64,000 nucleotides of DNA, from NCBI GenBank assembly GCA_023409735.1, contig JAEYRB010000006.1, positions 10,027 to 74,026 of the forward strand. The letters run 5' to 3'. A model generated the notes under the pieces. It was not told the DNA's origin, did not search any database, and was given only the letters and a program-made list of their open reading frames with translations. The stretch comes from Bacillota bacterium. GTDB lineage: Bacteria; Bacillota; Clostridia; Acetivibrionales; DTU013. Positions 34,662 through 45,002 of this stretch are shown here, one piece after another (position 1 is the stretch's first letter; each line of letters opens with the position of its first letter). The translations under genes were made by a program, and so were the position numbers.

Positions 34662-36293
34662 ATGAAATACATCCAGAATCCGATACTACCCGGTTTTAAC
34701 CCTGATCCGGCAATAATCCGCAAAGATGATGATTATTATATTGCCACATCGACATTTGAATGGTTTCCTGGCATACCCATTTATCATTCCCGCGACCTAA
34801 TAAACTGGGAGTTGTCATCTTATGCGCTGAAAACTAAGGAATATCTCGACCTTACAGGCGAAGAGGCCTCAAAGGGAGCATGGGCGCCATGCCTTAGCTA
34901 TTGCGAGGAGGATAAGCGTTTTTATCTTATTTATTCAAATGTACACGGCAGTAATCCATGGTTTTTTGATGTGGATAATTATATGATATGGACAGATGAT
35001 ATAAACGGTGATTGGAGTAAGCCTGTATATCTCAATTCAAGCGGCTTTGACCCATCGCTATTTCACGATAATGATGGAAGAAAGTGGCTGGTTAATAAAG
35101 ATCGTGACTTCCGTCCGGGAAAGATGGACAGCCGTGCCATAATTGTTCAGGAATTTGATATGAAGAAATGCCAGCTCATAGGAGAACCTGTCGAAATTAG
35201 CCGTGGAGCCACAAAAAGAGGCTTTGTAGAGGGTGCACATATATATAAGCATAACAAATTTTATTACCTTGTAGCAGCTGAAGGTGGGACGGGTTATGGA
35301 CACTGTGTGACTGTCATGCGTTCAACCTCCATTACAGGACCATATGAGCCGGATCCTCTAAATCCTGTACTGACAAGTGCGGCATGGAACTTTTCTGCCA
35401 GTGAGGCCTCTCCATATATGATGCCGGAGCTTTGCAATCCTCTGGCCGGTGTTCAAAAGGCAGGTCACGGCTCTCTTGTTGAAACACAGGATGGTCAGCT
35501 TTATATGGCGCATCTTTGTGCAAGGCCAATACTTCCTCAGCGCAGATGCTATCTTGGGCGTGAGACCGCAATACAGAAGTTAATGTGGACCAATGATGGA
35601 TGGCTTAGAATGGCTGACGGCAGCAACATAGCAAAAGCTCAGGTACTGGCTCCCGGACTTCCCGAGCACCCTTTTCCCGGTGAGGAGCCAAAATGTGATT
35701 TTGACAACGGATGCATGAGTCAGGATTTATGCTCTCCCCATAATCCGATAACTGGGGAATGGGCTGACCTGACATCCAGAAGTGGATATCTCCGCCTGAG
35801 AGGTCAGGAATCACTTACCAGCCGCTATAATGTAAGCCTTGTTGCAAGGCGTGTTTCATCCTTCAGGGCTATGGCTGAAACAAAGCTGGACTTCACTCCT
35901 GAGCGCTACCACCATATGGCCGGGCTCTCGGTATATTATAACAATAAAAATCATTATGCAGTATATAAGACCTACGATGAAGTATTAGGTGAATGTATCT
36001 GTGCATATGTATATTCGCAGGAAAGAGTGACAGAGCTATGCAAACCTATTAAGCTGTCAGGCAATTCAGATGTATGGTTCCGTGCCGATATCGACGGACC
36101 TTCTCTCGGGTTAAGCTTCAGTGAAGACGGGGAAACATTCACTCCCATAAGTATGGAGCTTGATATGACCATGCTTGCCGACGAATATGCACATCAGATG
36201 TTTACCGGATCCTTTGTTGGAATATTTGCAGCAGACCTTCATACAAAGAGTAAATGGGCTGACTTTGACTATTTTACATACAAAGACCTATAG
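34662..36293 (+). CDS. glycoside hydrolase family 43 beta-xylosidase/alpha-L-arabinofuranosidase
   Basis: NPILPGFNPDPAIIRKDDDYYIATSTFEWFPGIPIYHSRDLINWE is the classic GH43 XynB-type N-terminus. There is a C-terminal beta-sandwich region. ATG at 34662 after AGGAGGG. Confidence 0.85.
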   Translation: MKYIQNPILPGFNPDPAIIRKDDDYYIATSTFEWFPGIPIYHSRDLINWELSSYALKTKEYLDLTGEEASKGAWAPCLSYCEEDKRFYLIYSNVHGSNPWFFDVDNYMIWTDDINGDWSKPVYLNSSGFDPSLFHDNDGRKWLVNKDRDFRPGKMDSRAIIVQEFDMKKCQLIGEPVEISRGATKRGFVEGAHIYKHNKFYYLVAAEGGTGYGHCVTVMRSTSITGPYEPDPLNPVLTSAAWNFSASEASPYMMPELCNPLAGVQKAGHGSLVETQDGQLYMAHLCARPILPQRRCYLGRETAIQKLMWTNDGWLRMADGSNIAKAQVLAPGLPEHPFPGEEPKCDFDNGCMSQDLCSPHNPITGEWADLTSRSGYLRLRGQESLTSRYNVSLVARRVSSFRAMAETKLDFTPERYHHMAGLSVYYNNKNHYAVYKTYDEVLGECICAYVYSQERVTELCKPIKLSGNSDVWFRADIDGPSLGLSFSEDGETFTPISMELDMTMLADEYAHQMFTGSFVGIFAADLHTKSKWADFDYFTYKDL

Positions 36294-36811
36294 AAAGCAT
36301 AAAAACATACATACTGACAAATTGACGAGGTGACAAGGGGACATTACTTGGATGCCTCCTTTCATTTCTTTTTATTGAACCGTTTTTTGTAGCCTGTCTT
36401 TCAATATTTGGAATCAAAAAGTGCAGTATGAAGCTTGAAATTAATTATATGGCGGTTATATCAGTTTTAATTATCGTATGGTCTCAGATAATTATCGTAG
36501 CTAAGTCAATGAAGATAAGAAAGATTGTTCCTTGTGTAATGATACGGGAGAACTAAATAAATAGATCTTCATCAAAAATTCATATGGTCATGCTAAAATA
36601 TCCTCATGAATACTGGAATTGTCGGTAGTTATATGATTTGAACAGTCGTGCGGCAATTTCGGCAAAGCTGAAAAATCGCATAGCAAGTTGCAATACAAAG
36701 CTATTGATTTATAGTATAATTTTGTAATGTAACCGGGTTTATTTGCCGTTGTTATCGGTATACGGCTAAAAGTATATGAAAGCCTAATTGTTTTGGAAGG
36801 GATAAGTTATA

Positions 36812-37513
36812 ATGCAAAACAAGAAATACAGTGTATTATTTCTTGAAGACGAGCCAACAATTCGAGATGTTTTGAAGGAATATATGAATATATCCCATTA
36901 CAATGTTGTGGAAACAGAAAATGGAGATGCTGCAGTTGCATTATTGGATAAGCAGAGCTTTGATATTGCGGTACTTGATATAATGGTACCGGGAGCCAGC
37001 GGCCTTGATGTGTTAAGTCATATCAAAGAATGCCATCCGCAAACAGCTACTATAATGCTTACCGCATTAGAGGATGAGAGAACACAGGTGGATGCTTTTA
37101 ATCGTTATGCTGATGACTACATAATCAAGCCTGTTTCGCCTATTATTCTATTGAAAAGAATGGAGACGATCCTTCGGCGTGTGAGACGCAACCTTCTGGA
37201 CCTGCAAGAAAAACAACATGGCCTGACCTTTGAGGAGGAGGCTTATAGCGTGTATTATAACGGTAATGCCCTGCCGCTTACACTCAGTGAGTATTTACTA
37301 TTGCAAACGCTATACAAAGAGCCAAATCGCGTTTTTAATCGTGAACAGCTTATACTTCGTATTTTTAATGAGGATTATATCGGAAATGACCGCATTATTG
37401 ATGCTCATGTTAAAAACTTAAGAAAAAAGCTGCCTGTTTCGTGTATTAAAACAGTTATTGGTGTTGGGTACCAATTTGATAAGGAAGGAGCAGCATATGA
37501 AGCTCATCCATAA
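36812..37513 (+). CDS. OmpR-family response regulator
   Basis: Receiver domain (LEDEP..., VLDIMVPG, KP) and a winged-helix output domain (TLSEYLLLQTL, IDAHVKNLRKK). Confidence 0.9.
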   Translation: MQNKKYSVLFLEDEPTIRDVLKEYMNISHYNVVETENGDAAVALLDKQSFDIAVLDIMVPGASGLDVLSHIKECHPQTATIMLTALEDERTQVDAFNRYADDYIIKPVSPIILLKRMETILRRVRRNLLDLQEKQHGLTFEEEAYSVYYNGNALPLTLSEYLLLQTLYKEPNRVFNREQLILRIFNEDYIGNDRIIDAHVKNLRKKLPVSCIKTVIGVGYQFDKEGAAYEAHP

Positions 37514-39092
37514 GAATTTCCTGTATACTGCAATTGTGGCAGGTATCCTTACCATTTTGGTGCTTGGGTATTTTGTATTTATGCTGCCCTCTCTCTATGT
37601 GGAGCATATATCAAACAGAGACTTTAATTCTATAGTAAAACAGCATGAGAGCTATCTTAAAGAAGGCTCATACGAGAATGTCAGGGTCAATAATCCCGCT
37701 TGTATGACGCTTGATATCCCTTTTTCTGAAGAAGCCATTGTTGTCATGGGAAAGACCTTCAAGATTACAATAACACCGGCGACAGATGATATGAGAATGC
37801 TTCTTTCAGATATAAAAGATTATGTAAAAGCTAATATAAATTTCTTTAATGGCACAGAGAAGAGCCCGGATAAAAAACAAATTTCCGCTGAATTCCAAAA
37901 AAAAGCTGCACAATGGAAGAAAGCTTTTGAAAAGCAGGCAGATTTTTTAGATAAGCTGCCATTCACTTTAGAAGCGCAAACAGATACGACATATTTTGAT
38001 AGCTTTAGCGGTGAATCATCGAGTATACATTATCTCTCATCCGATACAATTGTTATTGAAAGCCTTGTTGCAGATGACAAAAATCAATACACAAATTATG
38101 TATGTTTTACATTTAACAATGACCGCATTGCAATTACTTATCTTCCTACAATGACTCCGCAAATTAATGAAATAGCCCCGGTTGTAATAAGCTCATTACC
38201 TATGCTTATAGCTGTTATTATACTATTTGCATTAGTTGTTTCGTACCTGTATTCCAAGGGCATTGTTGACCCTATTGTAAGCCTGGTAAAGCACACACAG
38301 GCAGTGAAGCAAAGCGGCAACATCACAAGTATTCCGCTTAAGTCAAAAGGAAAGGATGAGGTTTCTACCCTGATACAGACGCTAAATGAGATGTACGAGG
38401 AATTGAATAATAATTATAAGGCTCTTGAGGATAAAAACGCGGAACTTAAGGAAAGAAATAAAAGGCAGGAGGTCTTTCTGCGCTCATCCTCCCATCAATT
38501 AAAGACCCCCATTGCTGCAGCACTTTTGTTGGTTGAAGGTATGATAAACCAAGTGGGCAAATACCGGGATGTAAAAGAGTATCTGCCTAAGGTAAAAAAA
38601 CGGCTTTTGTCAATGCGCAAAATTGTAGAAGACATATTATATCTTAATCGCTGTGAAGAAAATGTAACGTTTGAGGCTGTGAACCTAAATATTCTCGTAG
38701 CAAGGCAATTATCCGATTATCAAATTACACTGGCAGAAGGCGGCTATACTTTGATCACCGATTATTCTGAAGCTTGTTACATAAACACAGATCAGAATCT
38801 ATTGTCAAAAATTATTGATAACCTCATTTCAAATGCAATTATGCACAGCAAAGAAGGCGCTGTGATAACAATTTCAACAAAAAAGGAACAGCTGGAGATT
38901 CATAATAGTAACGCTCATATTGACGAAAAATTATTGCCCGATATTTTCGAGCCGTTTGTAAGCGGCAATAGTAAAGGTCACGGACTTGGACTTTATATTG
39001 TTAAATATTATGCAAAAATTCTGAGAGCTGAAGTCAATATAAGTAATGTACAGGATGGGGTTCTTGCAAAGGTAACGTTTAATAAAGAATAG
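37497..39092 (+). CDS. sensor histidine kinase
   Basis: Two TM segments flank an extracytoplasmic region. H-box SSSHQLKTPIAA, N-box ISNAIMHS and G-box GHGLGLYIV. The ATG at 37497 overlaps the RR stop. Confidence 0.85.
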   Translation: MKLIHKNFLYTAIVAGILTILVLGYFVFMLPSLYVEHISNRDFNSIVKQHESYLKEGSYENVRVNNPACMTLDIPFSEEAIVVMGKTFKITITPATDDMRMLLSDIKDYVKANINFFNGTEKSPDKKQISAEFQKKAAQWKKAFEKQADFLDKLPFTLEAQTDTTYFDSFSGESSSIHYLSSDTIVIESLVADDKNQYTNYVCFTFNNDRIAITYLPTMTPQINEIAPVVISSLPMLIAVIILFALVVSYLYSKGIVDPIVSLVKHTQAVKQSGNITSIPLKSKGKDEVSTLIQTLNEMYEELNNNYKALEDKNAELKERNKRQEVFLRSSSHQLKTPIAAALLLVEGMINQVGKYRDVKEYLPKVKKRLLSMRKIVEDILYLNRCEENVTFEAVNLNILVARQLSDYQITLAEGGYTLITDYSEACYINTDQNLLSKIIDNLISNAIMHSKEGAVITISTKKEQLEIHNSNAHIDEKLLPDIFEPFVSGNSKGHGLGLYIVKYYAKILRAEVNISNVQDGVLAKVTFNKE

Positions 39093-39190
39093 CGGATTTG
39101 TTACTATTCAAAATTACCTGCACAAAATCTTCACACGATATTCATACCGGTTTGCTAACATTAATCCTGTAATAACGAGGAGGAGTAATT

Positions 39191-40072
39191 ATGCTATTAA
39201 AAATAAACAGCTTAAATGTCCAATATGGGAAAACAACAGCGCTTAATATTTTATCTCCAATTACCTTTGAGAAGGGCGATCGTATAGGAGTTATAGGCTC
39301 GAATGGAGCCGGAAAAAGCACATTGATAAAAAGTCTTTTAGGCATTGTGAGGTATACCGGGTCTATTGACAGTACCATTGCGCCGCTTGATATGGCTGTA
39401 CATATGCAATTTAATGAATACACAGACAGTATGGCAGTGAAATATGTTATGGAAGCCATTTTGCAGACGAAGCTTAAAAACAACCGGAGGCTTCAGGAGC
39501 TTATTTCATATTTTGAGTTCGAAAAGTGCCTTAATAAAAAGTATAAAAATCTTTCCGGCGGTCAAAAACAGCGCTTTACAATTATACTGGTAATGATGCA
39601 GGATGCGCCTCTCACCTTTTACGATGAGGTTACATCCGGATTGGATTTTGAGACGAGGCAAAGGCTCGTTGAAAAATTAGTCTCCTGGTATAAGGATAAG
39701 GAGACTACCCTATGCATTGTTTCTCATTACTACGATGAATTGGAGCATTTAACAAATAAGCTCATGATTTTAGAACAGGGAAGGGTAGTTGACTTTGGCG
39801 ATAAGGATGAGCTGTTCATGAAGTATTGCGGGCGTGCAATTATTCTAATAGATAATACGGAGGCAAATCAGCTGATAACAAACAAATATGCAAAGCTGGA
39901 AGCTCCGAATCACCTAATTGCTATTTCGTGCAATACACAGGAGCTTGAAATGGAAATATCCACATTATTAATTAAAAACAATGTTAATTATAAGCGCAGT
40001 AATAATGATATAGAAATGATTTTTATTAATGCAAGAAAGCAGGCTGCTCTGGGAGGTGTGATCAATGAATAA
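39191..40072 (+). CDS. ABC transporter ATP-binding protein
   Basis: Walker [18 protein letters not shown], Walker B FYDEVTSGLD. Confidence 0.85.
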   Translation: MLLKINSLNVQYGKTTALNILSPITFEKGDRIGVIGSNGAGKSTLIKSLLGIVRYTGSIDSTIAPLDMAVHMQFNEYTDSMAVKYVMEAILQTKLKNNRRLQELISYFEFEKCLNKKYKNLSGGQKQRFTIILVMMQDAPLTFYDEVTSGLDFETRQRLVEKLVSWYKDKETTLCIVSHYYDELEHLTNKLMILEQGRVVDFGDKDELFMKYCGRAIILIDNTEANQLITNKYAKLEAPNHLIAISCNTQELEMEISTLLIKNNVNYKRSNNDIEMIFINARKQAALGGVINE

Positions 40073-40838
40073 GAACAGAATTTCTCTTAAGATGATACAG
40101 TATGAGCTCAGAAATGTATTAGGGAACCCGTTCGTACATATTTTCGGCTTTGCTTTTCCAATTATGATGTCCATTATTTTTACTAAATCTATATCTGGTG
40201 ATATTACTGATAATTCCTATATGGGTGAGGTTGTTACTTCTATTTTCCTTGGTATGGGCACTATAATTCCCATGGCTACTATTCTTATTGGCTATGCCAG
40301 TACTTGCTCAATGGATATTGAGAAGGGTATTCCGCTAAGGATGAAGCTATTTGGCTTCAATGAAAAATACACGATTATAAATAGGTTAATCGCTGAGTTT
40401 ATCTATATGACTGTTGTTTATCCGATTTATATTGCCGTAGGGTTAGTTGTGATTAAGATCTCTGCGCCTTCAGCCTTGGGATTAATCATTTATAGTGCCT
40501 GTTTATATGCTTTAGCGGTGTCGCTTTTTATTATGGCACATGCCATTGCAAACCTTGTAAAGAAATTCGGCTTAACTTATATGATCACAATGTCGATATA
40601 CTTTGGAATAATGATTTTCAGCGGCATGATGGGAGTTACTGTTGATAAATTGCCAAGGGGTATGCAGGTTGTATCAAACTTACTTCCTACTACATATTTC
40701 ACAAAGGATTTTTATAAAGCTTGGATTGGCAAGGCCTATAATTTTGTGCCTATGATACAGGCCTATATATTCATGTTTGCTATATCAGGAATACTGGCTT
40801 TTGTTATGATTTACAAGTCAAAAAGAGCCTTGCACTAA
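40065..40838 (+). CDS. ABC-2-type transporter permease
   Basis: 257 aa with about 6 TM segments. Translationally coupled to the ATPase gene. Confidence 0.7.
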   Translation: MNKNRISLKMIQYELRNVLGNPFVHIFGFAFPIMMSIIFTKSISGDITDNSYMGEVVTSIFLGMGTIIPMATILIGYASTCSMDIEKGIPLRMKLFGFNEKYTIINRLIAEFIYMTVVYPIYIAVGLVVIKISAPSALGLIIYSACLYALAVSLFIMAHAIANLVKKFGLTYMITMSIYFGIMIFSGMMGVTVDKLPRGMQVVSNLLPTTYFTKDFYKAWIGKAYNFVPMIQAYIFMFAISGILAFVMIYKSKRALH

Positions 40839-41092
40839 AACATGCGAAGATAGTAGGAGACAGCAAAATCAAGCAATATCAAAAGTGGAACCTATAATTA
40901 TTTATTTTATACAATGCACTTTTATCTAGACTGGCAAGGGGAACATGATTGCATTTGACGCTCATATCAAATTGTTGACATGATGACGAGACCACTGTAA
41001 TCTTAAGACGGGAATAACCGGAATATGTTGATGAAATAGTCTGATACCATCTATAAAGGTTGTGGTGTAATCGAGCATAGGAGGCAAATTAT

Positions 41093-42136
41093 ATGATGCA
41101 AATTGACAAATTAAATCAGGTAGAAAAGCTTTTTGAAAGCTACAGAGATACCAAAGGCTTTTCAGGAGTAGCATTGATGAAAACGGAGCAAGAAGAATTA
41201 TTTCATTTTTGTGCTGGGTACGAAAACCGAGCATACAAAATAGAAAACAAATTAAGCACAGCTTTTGATACAGCATCAATTACAAAGCTTTTTACGGTAG
41301 CTGGAATCATCCTTTTGGAAAGTAAAGGACTGATCAGTCTTGAGGATGACATACATTCGATCTTGGATTTACAGAATACTAGAATTCCAAAGGATGTAAA
41401 AATAAAACACTTACTTACCCATACATCAGGAATTGCAGACGATGTTGAGGAGGAAAAAGGGGAGGATTATTCTGCGCTGTTTGCTAATTCTGCAAATTAT
41501 GCATTAAGGGAAAATATAGATTTCATGCCTAATTTTGCGAATAAGGTACCTAATTTCAAAGCAGGAGAACGAATTTGCTATAATAACTGTGCATTTATTC
41601 TTCTAGGGTTGGCAATAGAAAAAATAACAAATAAGGGTTATCGACAATTTATTACAGAAGAGATTTTTCCAACTTTTCAGTTGAAAAATACTTTTTTTAC
41701 CGGAAAAGATGATTGTGACAGAAGGTATGCTGAGGGGTATTATTATGATGAAAGTCGGAATCTAAGGAAAAATATTTACTCATTTCCTCCAATTGGAACA
41801 GCAGATAGCGGTGCATATACAACAGTAGGTGATCTGGATATATTTATTAGAAATATAAAGAATAGTGATGTTTATCAGAAAATGATGTGCCCTCAAACAA
41901 GCATAAGATATGAAAGAAATGACGCCTATTATACGGTTGGCTTTGGATTTGAACTGATAGAGAAGGATGGAAAAATTCTTAGGGTACATAAGGATGGACA
42001 TAATAATGGTGTATGTAATATCACAATATTTTATCCTCAGGAGGATATTACATTTACTATTTTAGGTAATGTGGAATGTAATATATGGGAGCTAAAAAGT
42101 GAATGCGAAAAAATCTTGTTTGACAAAGCATTTTAG
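41093..42136 (+). CDS. serine hydrolase of the beta-lactamase (class C / PBP4*-like) family
   Basis: S-x-x-K motif ASITK and the Tyr motif YNNCAF. 347 aa. Confidence 0.8.
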   Translation: MMQIDKLNQVEKLFESYRDTKGFSGVALMKTEQEELFHFCAGYENRAYKIENKLSTAFDTASITKLFTVAGIILLESKGLISLEDDIHSILDLQNTRIPKDVKIKHLLTHTSGIADDVEEEKGEDYSALFANSANYALRENIDFMPNFANKVPNFKAGERICYNNCAFILLGLAIEKITNKGYRQFITEEIFPTFQLKNTFFTGKDDCDRRYAEGYYYDESRNLRKNIYSFPPIGTADSGAYTTVGDLDIFIRNIKNSDVYQKMMCPQTSIRYERNDAYYTVGFGFELIEKDGKILRVHKDGHNNGVCNITIFYPQEDITFTILGNVECNIWELKSECEKILFDKAF

Positions 42137-42217
42137 TGGTTTTGTCAACAAAAGAAGTATACTATCATGAAATTATGGTTTTAATGAAAAATCTCATCGA
42201 TAGAAGGCGTTGTTTGC

Positions 42218-43474
42218 ATGGAGAGACAATATATTCGTTCAGAGCGAGCACATTTTATGTGCCCTAATATGCACTTCGGAATTATGGTTACTATAAAGGA
42301 CAAGCCGGATATAAATAAGATTATAGCTAGCTTCGATGTCATGTCTAAAGCACACCCCTTTCTTAGAAGTACTATAAAGTATGAGAGTGGCAGTACCAAT
42401 TTATATTATGATATTGGCGACAGGTCAACTGTTGATATACAGGAGAGAGGATTCACCCATACAAGATGGGAGGATTACCGAAAAATTGGAGAAAAAGAGT
42501 GGAACATGCTGGAAAACGGCCTGCTCAAGGTATTTGTCTATACTAAGCAAGAAGAGACGACCATGCTTTTTGTTTCGCATCATTTACTTGGCGATGGCAG
42601 ATGCCTGCTTGAGTTGGTAAATGAGTTTGCTGATCTTTATGTTCAGGGTAAGAAACCTGTTTATATTGAGGAAAATTTGATCAAAGGAATAGAGGATCTA
42701 CCGGCAAAGAGCGACCTGGCCGGGGTTAGCAAGTACTTGGTAAAATATTTAAATAAGAAATGGAAGAAAGAACAAACGCTTGTTAGCTATGAGGAATATG
42801 AAAGGTTCTCTGATGATTTTGCTAAAAATAATCCTGTAGCACACGAAGTAATGACAATAGAAGAGCAGGAATGTAATGCACTGAGAGCATATTGTAAAAA
42901 GCATGGCATTACAGTAAATGATTTATTAATGGCTAAAATGTATGTTGGTATGAATACAGATAAAGTAATTATTGCAGCAGATATACGAGCTAAGCTCAAA
43001 TGCTATAACAAGGGAGCATGTGGAAATTACGCCACTGCAATGGGGATCGTATGTAAGGATAAGAACAAGGATATTATAAGCAGAGCAAAAGAGACACATA
43101 AGCAGGTACAAAGGCATCTTGGCAGTAATCAAAAATTAATGCTGGTACTGTCCTGCTACTTGAATATGGATCAGGATCTGCTTGATGCAGCGGCTATAAC
43201 GACACTTGGGGGCTTTAAAAGCAAAGCTGCCGGTATTGCGGGTGGTATGTTCGGGTTCCAAAAGAGGGATGGGATAAGCCTTACGAATTTAGGCAGTCTT
43301 CAAAATGACAATATTACCGAAGCAGTATTTATTCCGCCAGCATCACCTGCTGCCATCCAAACAGTTGGAGCATTGACTGTAAATGATAGGCTACAGCTCT
43401 GCAGCAGCTATTATGAAGCAGCAATTTCATCAGAGAAAGTGAAAAGTCAACTAAAAGCATTAGGGCATCTATAA
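42218..43474 (+). CDS. stand-alone condensation-domain-like acyltransferase (HHxxxDG)
   Basis: The motif VSHHLLGDGRCLLELVNEF matches the HHxxxDG catalytic signature of the NRPS C-domain/WS-DGAT/PapA5 superfamily. 418 aa. Confidence 0.55.
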   Translation: MERQYIRSERAHFMCPNMHFGIMVTIKDKPDINKIIASFDVMSKAHPFLRSTIKYESGSTNLYYDIGDRSTVDIQERGFTHTRWEDYRKIGEKEWNMLENGLLKVFVYTKQEETTMLFVSHHLLGDGRCLLELVNEFADLYVQGKKPVYIEENLIKGIEDLPAKSDLAGVSKYLVKYLNKKWKKEQTLVSYEEYERFSDDFAKNNPVAHEVMTIEEQECNALRAYCKKHGITVNDLLMAKMYVGMNTDKVIIAADIRAKLKCYNKGACGNYATAMGIVCKDKNKDIISRAKETHKQVQRHLGSNQKLMLVLSCYLNMDQDLLDAAAITTLGGFKSKAAGIAGGMFGFQKRDGISLTNLGSLQNDNITEAVFIPPASPAAIQTVGALTVNDRLQLCSSYYEAAISSEKVKSQLKALGHL

Positions 43475-44001
43475 CTCGCCAACTTTTATGTACATACTGT
43501 TTACAAGGTGTACTAACCTGAATAAGAATATTACCAAGAAACAGAATAAAAACTAGCGGAATAAGGAAAAACCTAATAAAAAATATCCATAAAGATAACT
43601 AAAAAGACACATTTTTACCGTGATCACTGAGGAAGACACTTTTCTATTGATAATACTCCGCGAAGCCTTGATTTACCAGGGCTTTCTTTGTTCATATATG
43701 CAGTCTTTTGAATATTGTATACAGTATATCAAAAAATGTAAAAGTTTGTAGAATTAATTTATACAAACTGTACAAAAAAAACACAAAAGAAGCATTAAAA
43801 TTTTTATGTTTTAAAAATGGTAAACAAATGTTATTTATGCTAGGATAGTCAGCATGTGCTTTAAATAAACAACGATGGTGTTTAATGACAAAATATATAG
43901 TATAAAAGCCATAAGATTATTTTATCTGAACTTGTTGTAAGGACTTGCTCGATAAAATTTTAACAATGTTATCGATATAATGGTTTTGGAGGGAGTAGGT
44001 T

Positions 44002-44973
44002 ATGATTTCAAAAAGTAAAATTGTAGTTATTGGATCAGGCAATGTTGGAGAGGCAATCGCCTATACACTGATGGTGCGCCAGCAGGCCAATGAAATCGTT
44101 CTGGTTGATATTAATGAAGAACGTGCACAGGGAAGTGCTTCCGATATATCTCACGGTACGGCATTTTTCAAAGCAATCAGAGTAAGAAAGGGAGACTATT
44201 CTGACTGTAAAGATGCAGAAATTATAGTTATTAGTGCAGGAATTGGCAGGAAGCCAGGACAATCCAGAAGAGAGCTTGCTGCAACGAATATTAAGATTAT
44301 TAGAGCTGTGACAAAGTCAATTATGCAATATGCTCAAAACCCTATTATTATTGTAGTATCAAACCCATTGGATGTTCTAACATATACTGTCTGGAAAGAA
44401 TCCGGTCTTCCAACTAATCGGGTGATTGGTACAGGAACAGCACTTGACACTGCGCGTTTCCGCCATACAATAAGCAAGGAAACAGGTATAAATGTTTGTG
44501 ATGTTGATGCATACATTCTCGGCGAGCATGGCGATGGCATGGTGCCTATTTATAGTAATATAACTATAGCAGATGAGCCATTGGAAAGCTTTATAAAGAA
44601 CAATAACTGCTCTATCGACATCAAGGAAATTGGAGAGAACACTAAAACGTCAGGAGCTAGAATAATCGCAAGAAAAGGAGCAACCTTCTATGGCGTAGCA
44701 ATGGCAGCCTGTGAAATTATAGGCGCGATTATTGATGATGAAAACGCTGTGTTCCCGGTTTCACATGTATTTGTTAACGAAGACTATGCAGATTATGAAG
44801 GAATTGCCATAAGCATGCCTTGTGTGTTAAACTTTAATGGTATTGCACGTGTTATAAACCTGCCTATGAATGAAGAGGAAACACAGGCAATGAAGCAATC
44901 AGCACAAGTAATAAGAGATTTAACCTCAGCTGCAATTTCTGATGTAGACTCAGACGGAAAGAAAACAGCGTAA
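44002..44973 (+). CDS. LDH/MDH-family 2-hydroxyacid dehydrogenase, probably malate dehydrogenase
   Basis: Rossmann VIGSGNVGEA and catalytic GEHGD. The specificity loop GIGRKPGQSR has Arg where lactate dehydrogenases carry Gln. Confidence 0.8.
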   Translation: MISKSKIVVIGSGNVGEAIAYTLMVRQQANEIVLVDINEERAQGSASDISHGTAFFKAIRVRKGDYSDCKDAEIIVISAGIGRKPGQSRRELAATNIKIIRAVTKSIMQYAQNPIIIVVSNPLDVLTYTVWKESGLPTNRVIGTGTALDTARFRHTISKETGINVCDVDAYILGEHGDGMVPIYSNITIADEPLESFIKNNNCSIDIKEIGENTKTSGARIIARKGATFYGVAMAACEIIGAIIDDENAVFPVSHVFVNEDYADYEGIAISMPCVLNFNGIARVINLPMNEEETQAMKQSAQVIRDLTSAAISDVDSDGKKTA

Positions 44974-45002
44974 AAAATATTTTAATATAAGGAGAATTGA
45001 AT

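Noticed and set aside
36428-36556. 42-aa hydrophobic small ORF (MKLEINYMAVISVLIIVWSQIIIVAK...)
   Set aside because: No convincing SD and no recognisable family. It could be a real small membrane peptide, but the evidence is insufficient to call it.
43746-43766. Rex-like palindrome TTGTAGAATTAATTTATACAA upstream of the MDH/LDH-family gene
   Set aside because: The half-sites and spacing do not fit the TTGTGAA-N4-TTCACAA Rex consensus well enough. AT-rich DNA yields such near-palindromes by chance.
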